Positions 13,558-27,822 of a stretch of 64,000 bases of DNA are shown here, piece after piece (position 1 is the first letter of the stretch; every line of letters starts with the position of its first letter). The notes under the pieces were generated by a model. The model was not told where the DNA came from. It was given only the letters and a program-made list of their open reading frames with translations, and ran no database searches. The stretch covers positions 38,008,001 through 38,072,000 of the forward strand of contig NC_086108.1 in the NCBI RefSeq assembly GCF_963921235.1, written 5' to 3'. This DNA comes from Mobula hypostoma. Its lineage: Eukaryota. Position numbers and translations under genes: made by a program.

Positions 13558-14004
13558 GATTATGTATTGCATTGAACAACTGCTGCTGAATTTAACAAAT
13601 CTCACGTCACATGTCGGTGATAATAAACCTGATTCTGATTCTGATTATTGAATGCACAGCACTTTGCACCTTGAAGTTGATGTGTTACAGCAGCAGAAGA
13701 CCATGAACGTACACTCAGTGGCCACCTTCTTCCTCTTAAAGTGAGCGTACAGGAGATGTATATCCAATTGTACTGACAGAAAGTAGAATTGCAAGTAATT
13801 TCATTGCAGATTAAGTCACTTAAGCTACCTTTTAATTCAAGTGGAGAAATGGAAAGGAAGAATAATATGATGGAGTGGAAACTGCCAGAAATAGAGGCGG
13901 AGCCTCTAAAATTTGCTAGCCTACTGTTTGCCGATAACCTGCTCACCACAGTTGAGATTGATTTTGGCCAAACAACATGGATCCAACTCACTACAACCAA
14001 TAAC

Positions 14005-14085
14005 CAGGGGATCCCAACTTGGGGTCCACAGACCCTTCAGTTAATGGTAAGGGTACATGACATAAAACAGGGTTGGGAACCCCTG
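14005..14085. mobile_element. Tiny hAT-like MITE
   Basis: TIRs caggggatcccaac / gttgggaacccctg; no clear TSD. Confidence 0.6.
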
Positions 14086-14339
14086 CAAACAGGGGCAAAA
14101 TGAATGAACTCCATGGCAACTTTGGCATCAATTTAGCATTTGACTAATTGATTCTCCAAGGAGCCCTTGTAAAACTACTTATAATTATTAGATACTTAAA
14201 AATCTTGAAGTGGGAGATCCAGATACCTTCGCTCTGTCCAGCATAAGAGGCAGGATCTCCAGATTGAAGGTATTTGGATCCACAGGTGGCCACATATTTC
14301 AATTCAACCTAAAAGGTCCCAAAGGATCACTGGGGACCC

Positions 14340-14605
14340 GAGTCACCCCAGCCACAGACTGCTCTAGCTGCTACCATCTGAGAAACTGTAACGCAGCTCC
14401 AACAGGCTCCGGGACAGCTTCTTCCACCAGGCCATGAGACTGATTAGTTCACGCTGACATAATTGTATTTCTATGTTATATTGACTGTCCTGTTGTACAT
14501 GCTAATTATTACAAATTACTATAAATTTCACATTTAGACAATGAAGAAACAATGATGTTTACTCCTTATGTATGTGAAGGATGCAAGAAATAAAGTAAAT
14601 TCAAA
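14340..14605 (+). mobile_element. LINE (Rex1-like) 3' end fragment
   Basis: ggacagcttcttccaccaggcc-type C-terminus then aataaa and short repeat tail. Confidence 0.45.
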
Positions 14606-15346
14606 TTCATTCCCATTCTGACACATCTATCCATGGCCTCCTATACAGCCATGATGAAGCCAAACTGAGGTTGGAGGAGCAATGCTTCATATTCCATCTG
14701 GGTCACCTCCAACCTGGTGACATTCTCCAACTTCTATTAATCTCTCCTTCTTTCTCTTTTTTACTTTTTCCTATTCTGGTTACCTTCTCACCATTTCTCT
14801 TTTTCTCACCTGCACATCACCTGCCTCTGGTTCCCCCCCCCCCACCCTCCTTTTCTCCCATGGTCTGTAGTCATCTCTCATCAGATTCCTTCTTTTTCAG
14901 CTCTTTATCTCTTCCACATAATTCCCTCTCAGCTAGTTACTTCCAGAAACTGCCAACCCACCCCACCCCCCCATCCACCTTCCTCCTTATCTGGTCTCAC
15001 CAAACACCCGCCGATTTGTACTCATTCCCCTACGCCTACCTTCACATTCCTCCCCTCTTCCCACCTTCTTATTCTGACTTCTCCCCTTCCTTTCCAGTCC
15101 AGATGAAGTGTCTCAGCCCGAAAGTGTAAAAAGACTGTTTACTCTTTTCCATAGATGCTTCAGTACTTTGTGTGTGTATTGCTTCATATTCTGGTGTCTG
15201 CCTTCTTCCTTTCCAGCCCTGATGAGTGGTTTCTGCCTGAACCATTCACTGTTTATTCACCTTCACAGATGCTGCCTGACTTGATGAGTTCCTCCAGCAT
15301 TTTCTGTCTCTTGCTCAATATTTCCAGCATCTGCAGAATCTCGTAT
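14606..15346 (+). mobile_element. Old PLE 3' fragment with two degenerate tail/hammerhead copies
   Basis: LEEQCFIFHLGHLQP; hammerhead remnants near 15095-15137 and 15213-15252. Confidence 0.7.
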
Positions 15347-16093
15347 TAAGAATCTGAAATGGGTACTCTAATCCAGCTTCCTAGATTCAGGTTACAGCCC
15401 TAGTGCTGCAACTCCAGGAGGACTGTAGTTAAAGCCATGTTGAAAGTGACGGGGAGGAACGGGTGGAGTGGGAGACAGGGGTATTGTCCAGTGTCCCAGA
15501 GCAGCCATAGCCTCAATGCTACACACTCTCACCATCTCACCTACCCTCTTTTCCATTAAGGTCATCCATAAAACGCAGTTTGACCAAGCTACTAGTTACA
15601 ATTGCAAAATTAGTTTCCTAGTGAAGAGTCCTGCACTCTCTGGCTCATAAACATACATGGCAGTCCATTGCCAGTAAAATTGTCAAGAAGCAACACAATT
15701 GAATGTCACCAATTTGAAGGTATCTGTCAGTTCGGTTGCCAGCTCTAGTTGAAAAGGTTATTGAAAAATTTTGCGTAATCTCCTATTGCCAGTATATTTC
15801 AGTTTTCTAATGTCCATAGATTTTTTGCCAAGAGCCAAAAGGTCATTTTGTCTCTCTGCTAATCATAACTACACAGCTGTTGAAGTAAATAAGAGGGAAA
15901 ATATCACTCAAAACTTTCCTCCAATGTTGACAGACCAGAGTTCCAGCTATTCACGTTTATTCCCTCAAGCGTCTGGTACAATTAACCCCTGTGTACTATA
16001 TCACAGTAATGTTCATTATGCACATATCAGTATTTTTTCTGGTTCCACTGTTGATGACTGGAAGAGAATAAAGGAATACAGAAGTCTAATCTT

Positions 16094-17130
16094 ATAGAAA
16101 CATAGAAACATAGAAAATAGGTGCAGGAGTAGGCCATTCGGCCCTTCGAGCCTGCACCGCCATTTATTATGATCATGGTTGATCATCCAACTCAGAACCC
16201 CGCCCCAGCCTTCCCTCCATACCCCCTGACCCCCGTAGCCACAAGGGCCATATCTAACTCCCTCTTATATATAGCCAATGAACTGGCCTCAACTGTTTCC
16301 TGTGGCAGAGAATTCCACAGATTCACCACTCTCTGTGTGAAGAAGTTTTTCCTAATCTCGGTCCTAAAAGGCTTCCCCTCTATCCTCAAACTATGACCCC
16401 TCGTTCTGGACTTCCCCAACATTGGGAACAATCTTCCTGCATCTAGCCTGTCCAATCCCTTTAGGATCTTATACGTTTCAATCAGATCCCCCCTCAATCT
16501 TCTAAATTCCAACGAGTACAAGCCCAATTCATCCAGTCTTTCTTCATATGAAAGTCCTGCCATCCCAGGAATCAATCTGGTGAACCTTCTTTGTACTCCC
16601 TCTGTGGCAAAGATGTCTTTCCTCAGATTAGGGGACCAAAACTGCACACTATACTCCAGGTGTGGTCTCACCAAGGCCTTGTACAACTGCAGTAGTACCT
16701 CCCTGCTCCTGTACTCGAATCCTCTCGCTATAAATGCCGGCATACCATTCGCCTTTTTCACCGCCTGCTGTACCTGCATGCCCACTTTCAATGACTGGTG
16801 TATAATGACACCCAGGTCTCGTTGCACCTCCCCTTTTCCTAATCGGCCACCATTCAGATAATAATCTGTTTTCCTATTTTTGCCACCAAAGTGGATAACT
16901 TCACATTTATCCACATTAAATTGCATCTGCCATGAATTTGCCCACTCACCCAACCTATCCAAGTCACCCTACATCCTCTTAGCATCCTCCTCACTGCTAA
17001 CACTGCCACCCAGCTTCGTGTCATCCGCAAACTTGGAGATGCTGCATCTAATTCCCTCATCCAAGTCATTCATATATATTGTAAACAACTGGGGTCCCAG
17101 CACTGAGCCTTGTGGTACCCCACTAGTCAC
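16094..17130 (-). mobile_element. Young CR1 LINE, 5'-truncated
   Basis: ORF 16192-16962 (LYKALVRPHLEY..FWSP); (TTTCTATG)n tail; cttataga repeat at 16091-16098 and 17131-17138. Confidence 0.92.
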
Positions 17131-20100
17131 CTTATAGAGGGATTCAGGAACCTATATTGACAACTGAAATCTATTTTTTAAAGTGTTCCAGGCATAGCAG
17201 TTTCTATTGATAAATTCAACTCTGAAAGTCAACAAGACGAACATCACTTAAATTGGAAAAATAATTAATTTTCTTCAATCACCTCTTTAAGAAAATAGGT
17301 AACCATTTACTCCAGGGTCTTTAAATTCGGAATGGAGCAATGCACAAAACGTGCAAACATGAACACAGAGATACAGTTAGTCAGCTGTAGTTAGCGTTCA
17401 AGGAGAGCATGGAGAGTGCAGCTTACCACCACTACCTGTGTCACTTAGCCTCTTTCCCCAGCACTCAGCTGCAAATTTTCTCTTCTGTACTCATCAACCC
17501 CCTCCCCTTTCTCTGCAATTTGCAACTTATATCATTTATAACTTAGTTCCGATGAGAGCCATTTATCTGATCAAAACTCTGTTCTCTCCAATAAGATGAT
17601 TCATCAGATTCTTCAGTCTGACTTGACTATCCTAAATATTCAGAGTCTGTTGTGATACATTAACTACTTTTTATTGATTGCACAAGATAACCATTTTCAT
17701 CATTACAAAGCTTCTGAAAATAAGGAGGCCTAAGAACATTAAGTAATAATATGCACTGGTTTGCTTGTTGCTGGTTTTAAAAGACTTGCTTTCTGCTGGA
17801 TTTTATCAAAAAAATTGGAGGATTGCGTTACACTTTCAGTTTTAAAAGCCTCTCCTGAGGGTTTTCTGATTACAGTTATAATCAGAATTTGTCATGCTGA
17901 GGAAAATCAATGCATGAGAGTCAGAAATGGTCTTGTTTATATTATAAATATTAAACCAAAGTAAGTTTCTCATTCAATATCCAACACTCTTAGTGATTGA
18001 TATTCTGAGACTGTTTGAAACGGCAATTCATGTCTGAGGTGAAAGCATGCATCATGGCTCTGGGAAGGTCACTGACTCTGATGGAAACCTCTGTGGCCAA
18101 GAGCCTCCAATTATGTCCTCATAGAGACCCATATGGGCTTAGCTTAACAACCCAACTGTAGCCGGCAGAAAGAAATTTAAAGAAATGAATTTTATTCTAA
18201 GAAGTAACAAAGTCGATTTTGTTTTTACAAGAATAGTAAGGACTTCAATCTGCATAAGTGCACAAAAGAAAACAAGCACAGCCTTTTGCATGAGCAATAG
18301 TGTGATGTGGTAAAACTTGTACATCCACTTTGAAATGCTGAAACTCCCATGCCAAATACTAGAGATATTGACGCCAATACCCATATTTATAATGGCAGGA
18401 GTACAGGAGAGACAGCGACCTCAATTTTCAGAATAAACCCCTGCCATGCAGGAGGTATGGGTACGCAGGTGAGGAGGTTGATTGAAGTCCAGACTGGGCT
18501 GGAACAGAAGGCAAAAATCTGGGTTGTTCGCTTTATGGACATTTCAGCAAGCCTAGAAATGGGTATACATATGTGTACTAGTTATACTCATATTCAGAAT
18601 ATGTACATAAAAGAATGGCATTAAATTCAACCAACCTATAAAACTACTTCTACTCTACTCAAGCCTGCTCCAGTAATTCCTTATTTAAAACTATCCTTTT
18701 CTCCTTCTTCTGTTTCCCTTAAATATATTAACTTCAGCCACTCCCTGGGGTAGTAATTCCACATTCTCATATTTATCAAAAAAGTTTTCTTCATTATTCC
18801 ACATTAAGAAATAAGCATTTGTCTGTATGCTTCCTTCAAGTTTCAAATGGTTCTTCTTGAGATATGACTGACACTTAAATCCTATATATCATTCAATGTA
18901 CAAGCATGAATTTAAACACCTGAATGTAAATCGTTTTTATGGCATATTGATAATTGCAGATTCATTTTTGATTTATTATCTAGCTGTCACCTAGATGTAC
19001 AATCATGCATAGAAGGGAAGAAGCCTCAAAGGATTAAATATAAAGTATTCAGTAAAGTTGGTCTCTGAAGCATAAAAGAAAACAGATGTTATCATTTACT
19101 GCGAAAACAACTCAAGTTCATGAAAAACAAACTCACGGCTGGAGAGTTACTACTGATATTTGAATGGGAAAATGTTAAGAAATAAAATTAAAGACAGGCA
19201 GGGGATAAGGTATTATAAAATAAATAAGGTAATATAATAGAAAATATACCTAGAATAACCAAACAGGAGCAGGGAATAAGGTAATATAAAAGGAAGTGGT
19301 GGTGGTAGGCAATAAGGAAGAAATAATGAGAGAATCAAGGACAGAATAGGAAAGTAAGGAAAAACAGGGAAGACAACTAAATGGAATGATTGGAGCAAAT
19401 AAAATGCAGTTAAAACATGAGCATAATCTAAATCTACTTATCAAATTTCAAAAACAGTTAAATTTTGATACATAATCTGTGGTTAAGTATCAGCCATAAA
19501 TATCTGACAGATTCCTATCCTGATTTATTACCACCTTGTTCACAAAATAATCACAGCAATATTCTTTATGCATCAGTTGAATAATTGAAAACATCACATC
19601 TATTTTTAAAAGTTCTGGTTTAGGAGTAATCAAAATACCCCCAAGCCAAGATTATATTTTACTATCAATCCTTGTAAAATTCAAAATATTTATGTATATC
19701 AATAATGTATTTCCACATTCTTACTACTGGAACTGTAATTTAAGTATCATGACAACCAACAACCTATACACAAGTTCTATGCATTAAAATATACACCTGT
19801 GAAGCTATTGGAATATTGACTGACTTCACAGAAAATATTAATACGGTGACTCAAAGGGCAGAGGGTAGCCAGAAACTACATGGGGAATGTGGAAGAAATT
19901 CTACATTCTGTATCATCTCTTTTAATGCTGATACAACTTAAGGCTCAGTGTTGATTTTTGTTGTGGAAGGGCTTTTATGTGCTCAGCAGTTATAGTTGGA
20001 ACCTGTAAATATCATTAGGAGAGTTGATTTCTCTTCAGTCAAGTTAGGGTTTGGTTTGAACTTGATGACTCTCACTTTTAAGAGGAATAAGCTTTTGAAG

Positions 20101-20659
20101 GTCATGAGTCAGTGGAGTGTGTAGCTCCAAGTTCAAAGCAACTGATTAGAAATGCAATCTCCTAGCCTACCTGATGTACATGCCTGGAATATGGATGGCT
20201 CCAGTGATTTAAAAGCAACCTGCCTAATACATAACTGATTTATGGACAATTCATAACTCCTCCAATGAAAAGGCTGACTGTTTCCACTCTCAGATTTGGT
20301 CTACCCAATTCATAAATTTACGACTCAATTACAGATTCTTTGGAAATCCTTTGTAGTCTCTTCATCCACCAATATGAAATTGCTAGCAGCTTAAATATCT
20401 TGTATACGAGATCACCATGATCTGTTCATAAGATATTCTCACGCAAGCATCAAGTGGTTATGTACCATAATCTTTACTGTTATGATAGTGGATGGGTAGC
20501 ACACTTTGTTCATGTTAGTTCCATGATATTATTGTGGGAGTAGCTGACTAATCTAAAAATGGTCAAGAGCTTATGATCCATTGCTAATATAAAGGCAACT
20601 CTGAGAGGAATTGTGTGAAGATGAGCCACATCAAAGTTGATGATCAATGACTTCAATGC

Positions 20660-21935
20660 AACTGACACAAAATGCTGGAGGAACTGAGCAGGTCAGGGAG
20701 CAACAATGTTAATGTATAAACAGTTACTGTTTTGGGCTGAGATCCTCCTTCAGGATGGGAAAAGAAGGAGGAAGATGCCAGAATAAAAAAAAGTGGGAGA
20801 AGCAGGAGGAGGATGTCTAGAAGATGGTAAGTAAAGCCAGGTAGGCGGGAAAGGTGAAGGACTGGAGAGGAAGGAAGCTGAATAGAAGAGGAGAGTGGAC
20901 CATAAAGAAATGTTCCTAGGGGGATGTAATAGGCAGGTGGGAAGAGATAAGAGGCTAGAGGAGGCACAGAAGAGGGACAGGAGAGAGATTTTTTTTACCG
21001 AAAGGACAAATCGATATTCATGCTGTCAGGTTGGAGTCTACCCAAACAGAATATATTGTGTTTCTGCTCCATCCTGAGGGTGGTCTGATCATGTCACGAG
21101 AGGAGGCCATGGATATGTTGGGATGGGAATGGGAATCAGAATTAAGATGTTTGGCCACTAGGAGGTTCTGCTTTTGGTGGATGGAGCAAACGTGTTCGAC
21201 GAAATGATCCATCAAATTACAATGGGTCTCACTGATGTAAAAAAGGCCACATCAGGAACACTGGACACAATAGACAACCCCAGCAGATTTGCAGGTGAAG
21301 TGTTGCCTTACCTGGAAGGACTATTTAGGGCCCTGAACAGAGTTGAAGAAGGTGGTGAATGGGCAGGATTAGCACTTCGGTTCAGTTGCAGGGATATTTG
21401 CTGGGAGGGAGATTAATAGGGAGGGATGAATGGGCAATGGAATCATGGAGGAGGCAATCCCTGCAGAAAATGGAGTGGGGGGGAGGTAAAGATATGTTTG
21501 GTAGTAGGATCCCTTTGGAGATGGCGGAGGTTGCAGAGGATGCTTGGATGCGGAGGCTCATGGGGTGGCAGGTAAAGACAAGAGAAACCTTATCACTGAT
21601 AAGGCAGCAGGAAGATGGGGTGAGTGCGGATGTTCTGGAATTGGAGGAGATGGGGGTGAGGGCAGCATCAATAGTGGAGGAAGGGAAGTCCTGTTCTTTG
21701 AAGAAGAAGAATATCTCTGATGTCCTGGAAGGGAAAGCTGCATCCTAAGAACAGATGCAGTGGAAACGAAGGAACTGAGAAAAAGGTATAGCAATTTTAC
21801 AGGAGACAGGGTGGGAATAGGTATAGTCAGGATAACTGTAGGAATTGGTAGGTTCATCAAAGTTATCAATTGACAGTTTGTCTCCAGAGACAGAGAGATT
21901 GAGAAATGGGAGGGAGGTGTCAGAAATGAACCAAG
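20660..21935 (-). mobile_element. Old PLE fragment
   Basis: SDTSLPFLNLSV..AIPFSQFLR; DHFVEHVCSI; PLE-type tail. Confidence 0.8.
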
Positions 21936-22800
21936 ACTCCAATGATTCCAATGCTTCTGATTGTTCAACAGGACAATATTCTACTCACAATTTGACAGTG
22001 GATGAGAAACTTCACATTCACCCTTTCCTGACTTGCATCTTTTATATGCAATGACCATTCCTCTGCTACAGTTTGAATTACTGCTGGCACTCATTTTAAA
22101 TTTGTCACGTCCTTATCCTCATACCAATGTTAGCATTCATCCTCCATTAGCAATTTTAAAGGAGGTATTGGCAGTGGGAACAACTGCGGTAAAATCCCAG
22201 CAAGCTATTGTAGCACACCCAGCAATGATCTTAGCTCTGCAATGATTTTTGTTAAGTACAAATGCTATTGCCTTTAATACTGGGTACAGACCTTTTTATT
22301 TCATCTTTAGGCCAAGGTAGAGTTTCCTTCTGCGAAGTACACTTGCTTTGCTTCAGCTTGAGGTTATGATTGAGGAGTCTCTGCAAGAATGTTTTCATCG
22401 CTGTCCTCAGTTTGTATAGTAACCAAAATAACATCCTGATTCCAAAACTGGCATGGGATGCCCTGAGACAGCAGGCCCATAATGGCTTGGAGCATATTCA
22501 AAGTCAATTATATGCTTCAGAGCAACTTCAGATATGCATATTATACCTTGATCCCATTGACTTTGAGATATTGTTGACTTTACTGATCTACATTGAGCTG
22601 GGCACAGACATGCAGTAAATTGAGTTTGCATAAGATTTTAAAAGGGAGAACATCAAAATCTGTTTGCTTGTTTGAATTTTATTGTGTACAATTTTTTCCA
22701 TATGAATTATTGTAGACCATTAATTAGAATCGCACATTAATTTGTTTTTAATCCCCATATCTATGAAACCCCAACTAGATATTTCTCATGAAAGCCACAT

Positions 22801-22990
22801 GAAGAAGAAGAAGAGCCCTTAACTCGGCAGTGGAGTTATCGGGGCACCGTCATGACGGTGTTTCCGCAGCAATCTATTCTTGTTTTTACGAGGCCGAGTT
22901 GATAGTTCAATGCTCAATCCGACTTGGATTTCAACTCGGGAACCTTCGCTCCAGAATCCGGCGCAGATATTATTGCGCCAACAAGCCGGA
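22801..22990 (-). mobile_element. tRNA-derived SINE
   Basis: Minus strand: A-box-like TGGCGCAATAA, B-box-like GAGTTGAAATCC, (TTC)n tail; cacat repeat on both sides. Confidence 0.7.
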
Positions 22991-23001
22991 CACATCAAAT
23001 A

Positions 23002-24577
23002 CGGGTTTCTCCCGCCATCCGAAGGTAGAGCGTTCCTATGAAACGGTTCGTAAGCCGAAATGTCGTAAAGTGAAGAAGCAATTACCATTTATTTATATGG
23101 GAAAATATTGTGAGCGTTCGCAGACCCAAAAATATCCTACCAAATCATGCCAAATAACACATAAAACCTAAAATAACAGTAACATATAGTAAAAGCAGGA
23201 ATGATATGATAAATACACAGCCTATATAAGGTAGAAATACTTTTCCACAATCATTACTGAACTGTTCTCTGGAGCGAAAGTCTCACGCAAGCGCCATCGG
23301 CAGAAAATCTCACGCAAGCGCTGTTGGCAAAAACACGCGCAAGCGTTCTCCAGTAACCTGTAAGCTATGAAGCTGCCAAATCATACCAAATAACGCATAA
23401 AAATACACAGCCGATATAAAGTAGAAATAATGTATGTACAGTGTAGTATCACTTACTGGAATCGGGACAGCGCCGAGCACACTGATGATGGTGTGTTAGA
23501 CTGAGTCGTTGTAGGTTGGGTGGTGCAGTGGCCCCCACCCTCCAGGCCGCTGAGCGATACATTGTCGCGAAGAACACAGGGGTCCAGCGGTAGCCGGGAG
23601 GTACACAGCACATCTTTAAGAAAAAAGCCGAAACAAACATGCTAATTAATTAGGTGCCGCCCATAATATTCGGCCCAGATCAGTGCCGATTTCCGATTGC
23701 ATTGTCTCTGCTCTGGGCCGACAATTACGTGTCGGCGGCACCTAATTAACTAGCATGTTTATTTCGGCTTTTTTCTTAAAGATGTTCTGTGTGCCTCCCG
23801 GCTACCTTTGCATTCTCCGCAAATCGCTATCTGTCCGTGGCCTGGGGGTTGGGGTGATGGGACACTGGGGTGTCATCTCGTCACCTGTTTCCACTAGAGC
23901 AGGCAGCTCATCTTCTCCTATGACTGCCCGCCTCGATGTCAAAGGTCGAGGTTCGTCGTCTGCTGTGGCTGATATGGCTCCTTCCTTGACTCCTGAGCCT
24001 CCCATATTTTTCTATCACACAGTTCTTTAATAAGGACTCAAACCATCCTGCAAATATCCCCTAAACAAATGTACCCTTTCAAAATTAAAGTCGTATTTTA
24101 TCATTACTCATTCGGTTTCAATTGTTATCCTTTTTTTCTTCCAATTGCATCAGCTCTTCATTTGTCAGTTCTTGGTGATGGGATGCCAAAACCTCTTCAA
24201 CATCATCTTCGTCAACGTCCACAACCCAAACTCACGTTGTCCTTACATCGTTCACCATGATCAAAACGCTTAATTATGTCTAGTTTTACTGTAAGTGTAA
24301 CACCCTTACGAGCTCTTTCAGGCTTTTCCGATACCATAGAACTCATCTTGCAAACGACTGCTCACAGGCTCATGTTTAAGCGATGCCGGCAAGAATCTGG
24401 GGGAGAGCAGCTGCTCGGGGCGCGCTGCCTTTTATCGCGCGGTGATTTTTTCGCGCCCTGAATTTTTTTTTCGTAACAGTGAAAACACCTTCTGAAAGCA
24501 AAAATAGGGTACTAATGTAGGTCTTTCGTAACAGTGAGGTTTTGTAAAGCGAACCTTCGGGAAGCGGGGGACACCTT
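23002..24577. mobile_element. Tigger/pogo-like non-autonomous DNA transposon with an embedded hAT-MITE derivative (~23526-23858)
   Basis: TA-flanked imperfect TIRs (cgggtttctcccgccatccgaagg / ccttcgggaagcgggggacacctt); internal part homologous to 10216-10556. Confidence 0.7.
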
Positions 24578-27577
24578 TATAACAAATATTCAATTTAAGT
24601 TGTGCTCAGCCAGAAGTCTCATCATGCACATAACAAGCTTGCTTTGTTAGAAATGTATATGTTCGCTTTAAAAATTCCCCAATCATTCTGCAGGTATCTT
24701 GTAATAACTTTGTCATGCTTTGATTATTACTATCTTCTATCATTGAGCAGTTATTTTTAATTACCTAATAAAAGCCTCCAATTCTTTTTTTTAAATATCC
24801 TGGACTAAAATTATTATATGGTATATTTTTCCCCAATTCTATTGATGATTCAGTTGATTTTTTTTTTATTGCTGTTCACATTGCTATGTTGATTTCCAGT
24901 TCTCACAATAAGATCTAATGATCTGAACAAGAATAATTCAGTTGTGTAGGAACAAGAGCTGAGAATAATCCTCTTAATTTCATGGTTTTTAACAACTTCC
25001 TTAGCGAGTTGTGGCACACATTCTGTTAATTAATATTCTTCTCTGTACCCAAGACCAAATTTGATTGTAGGTATGTATATCAGCTATTTCTCCTAGATCT
25101 TTATCTAAGGTATTTGGCCTTTCTTGCCATAATTTTCGTTGCGATTCAAATTTTTCCAACCATCTTCCATTTGACTACAAATCAATTTTAGAGTTTGGTC
25201 TTGGACTCATGTGTTTTGAGAAGTTTTCAAAAGTGGATACAAAGGAAATTAGCTATTCTTTTCATTTTCACTTTCAGGTTTGGGATGCTCTTAGAGAGAA
25301 AAAAATGCTGTTCTAAATACTTTCTATTCAGGCAGAAGCCATTAAAGTATAAGCTACTAGAGTGAGCAATGGGAGAAATGATTTAAAAAAACCCAGCTTT
25401 TCAGAACATAACTAGAAAGCTGTAACTTTCCAGCATCATTTCTAGGACATTAAATATTTGTAATTGGCAGAAGTTTCTAAATATTTTCTGAAAATTACAA
25501 ATAACTATTTTCCATTTAATCACCCAGTAGCTTATCTTACATGACTGTGGGATCAGGAATAGGTCATTATCCTTTGAAAACTCCATATAATCCTCAATCT
25601 TTCTTATTACCTCACCGTATATAGCACTCTTAAATATATACATATATTATTGCACTATAGAGGGTATCCTGTATTTTACTTTTGAGATTTTTATCAAGCT
25701 ATTTAATCAAAATTTTCATTGGCTTTAGACTTCCATCAGATGTTTCCATCAATAATGTGAATTATTTCCTCTATTTTAATCTCTCTTGCAGTTTAATGCT
25801 AATCATATTCAGCTTCAAGAAAATAACACTGATAACCAATTCCTTCATTCCAGATCCTATCCTGGATTTCATTACTAGACTTTCTCAAAGACCATTACTT
25901 CCTTCTATAATGGGATTAAAAATTATATTGTGAAAAAATAAAATTAAACAATGTCTAACTAGGATTCCATATGCTTGCAGTAATACTTATCACGTTCAAA
26001 TTTTGTATCTCTGATAGAAAACCAGACAATGTGTTTTACTTCTTTCAACCCAACCTAAATGAATTTTGTAATGGGTCTACCATTATTTTGCTTAGTTATA
26101 TTTTCCTTTCCAATTTTCCTGCCATGTTTTTTTTAAGGTTTAATATAATAGGTGCATCTGAAATCATGGCTAATCTCCCTTAAAGTGAACGGCACAGTGC
26201 AGCCGCCAATCCTATTCCAAGGAATAGGTTGGTTGAGACACAGCTAGACTGTGAAATTTTATCATTTACTTCATTCCAGATTTTTATTCCCTGTTTTCAA
26301 CTAAATTCCTACTTTTGCCAAAAATGTGTCTGTTTACCAATTTCCTACATTTTAAAGTAATCTTCCATGAAGCCTTATCAGTTGCTCTCTATGCATCAAT
26401 GGACATAGAATTCAGGGATTCTCTTCAACTACTTTGCCAAAAACATTTGCAGTTCATTTAAACATTTGCTCCATTCCAAGAGAAAATGTTTTCTTTTTCT
26501 TTGGAATTACTCATTACCTAATCCACATAATGCAGTTTGCAATCTCCATAATTCTAACATTATCGTTCCATGAACTGAAAATTTTCTCTTCCTGTTCTAT
26601 TTAATAAGCTGGACTTGGTTAAGTATTAAATCATTATGGATCCCATTGTGCATTTTCAAAACTCGTATGAAATTGATTCATCTCTGTTCAAAATTCAGAA
26701 CACATTCAATTTTTACACCTGATTGATTTTATATTGTATCTTAGTAAATGATTTTAGAAAATTTTTGACTAATATACATTTAATTTGGTCTTCCGTGAAC
26801 TTTGATCTAATTTTGTAAATATGTCAATTTATTGCAGTCGAAAAGCAAATCAAGGTATTGACAAAATGCCCTGGTCTACATACATGAAAAGTTTAAGAGG
26901 TGGGAATTCAATTGTTGTTTGCCTGCAATACGTATGCATATACAACAACAATTGCAAATGTGCTCTATTTCAATCAGGGTACAAAGTGCAACCATGACCT
27001 TTTATTCATAATCGGTGCACAAAGTCAAACATATGTTTCTGTCTCTATTAAAATGAACAAAGATTGCTCCAAGCATGGATAAAGATTCAGGAAAGTTGAG
27101 ACTAAGCAACACACATCAGGTTAATACATTTTGAATTAATGATAATGAGAGTTAGAAACTAAACAAGCAGGAACTGACTTGAAAACTAAGACACATCTTT
27201 GATGACGTAGAAGGGATTTGTATTCAAATACAGCATGTAAGTTAATTCTTGAAGCTTTACATTTTCAAAATCCAAGCTCATAAAATCCAAAGCTACTAAA
27301 GCAGCATTGCAAAATAGTGTCACTATTCCTATAAACTATGGCATTCTTGTTCCACTGTTAAGACAATTAATTGCAGAAAGTGTAGTCATAAGTAGAAACA
27401 GTATTCATAATATAGACTAAGAAAAATTATATCACACACATTATTGAAAGAGAATTATTTATCAAGTTCAAGTAGGTGAATTGAATATTTTTGGCTTTAA
27501 TTATGTTTTTTTAAAATGTAGAAAAACATGTTTAAATCACATAACAATCTCTTTCTGGACCAATTCAGAATTGCTTA

Positions 27578-27673
<96 letters not shown>

Positions 27674-27746
27674 CTAAATGAATACAAACATTTAAGAACA
27701 ATCAAAATAAAAGCCAATAATCTATTTTAATCTGAATATGCAAAAA

Positions 27747-27822
27747 ACACACAACTTATCTTTCAAAAATGAAAAGGATGTTTTGTTTCATTCTTTTTAT
27801 TTTTGAAAGACAACTTGTGTGT
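27747..27822. repeat. Inverted repeat: ~34-bp stem, 8-nt loop, in the 449-bp KCNT2 intron
   Basis: acacacaacttatctttcaaaaatgaaaaggatg / cattctttttatttttgaaagacaacttgtgtgt. Confidence 0.8.

Larger units (their letters stand above)
8280..13645 (+). mobile_element. Rex1/Babar LINE A (degenerate EN-RT) hosting two nested insertions
   Basis: ORF fragments 8277-8804 (TRGNNTLD..SD.L), 9116-9451 ([10 protein letters not shown]), 9438-9686 ([14 protein letters not shown]); 3' UTR resumes at 13558 and ends aataaacctgattctgattctga. Confidence 0.85.

Noticed and set aside
22900..22990. tRNA gene
   Set aside because: Only degenerate A/B boxes, followed by an unrelated body and (TTC)n tail; fits a SINE head.
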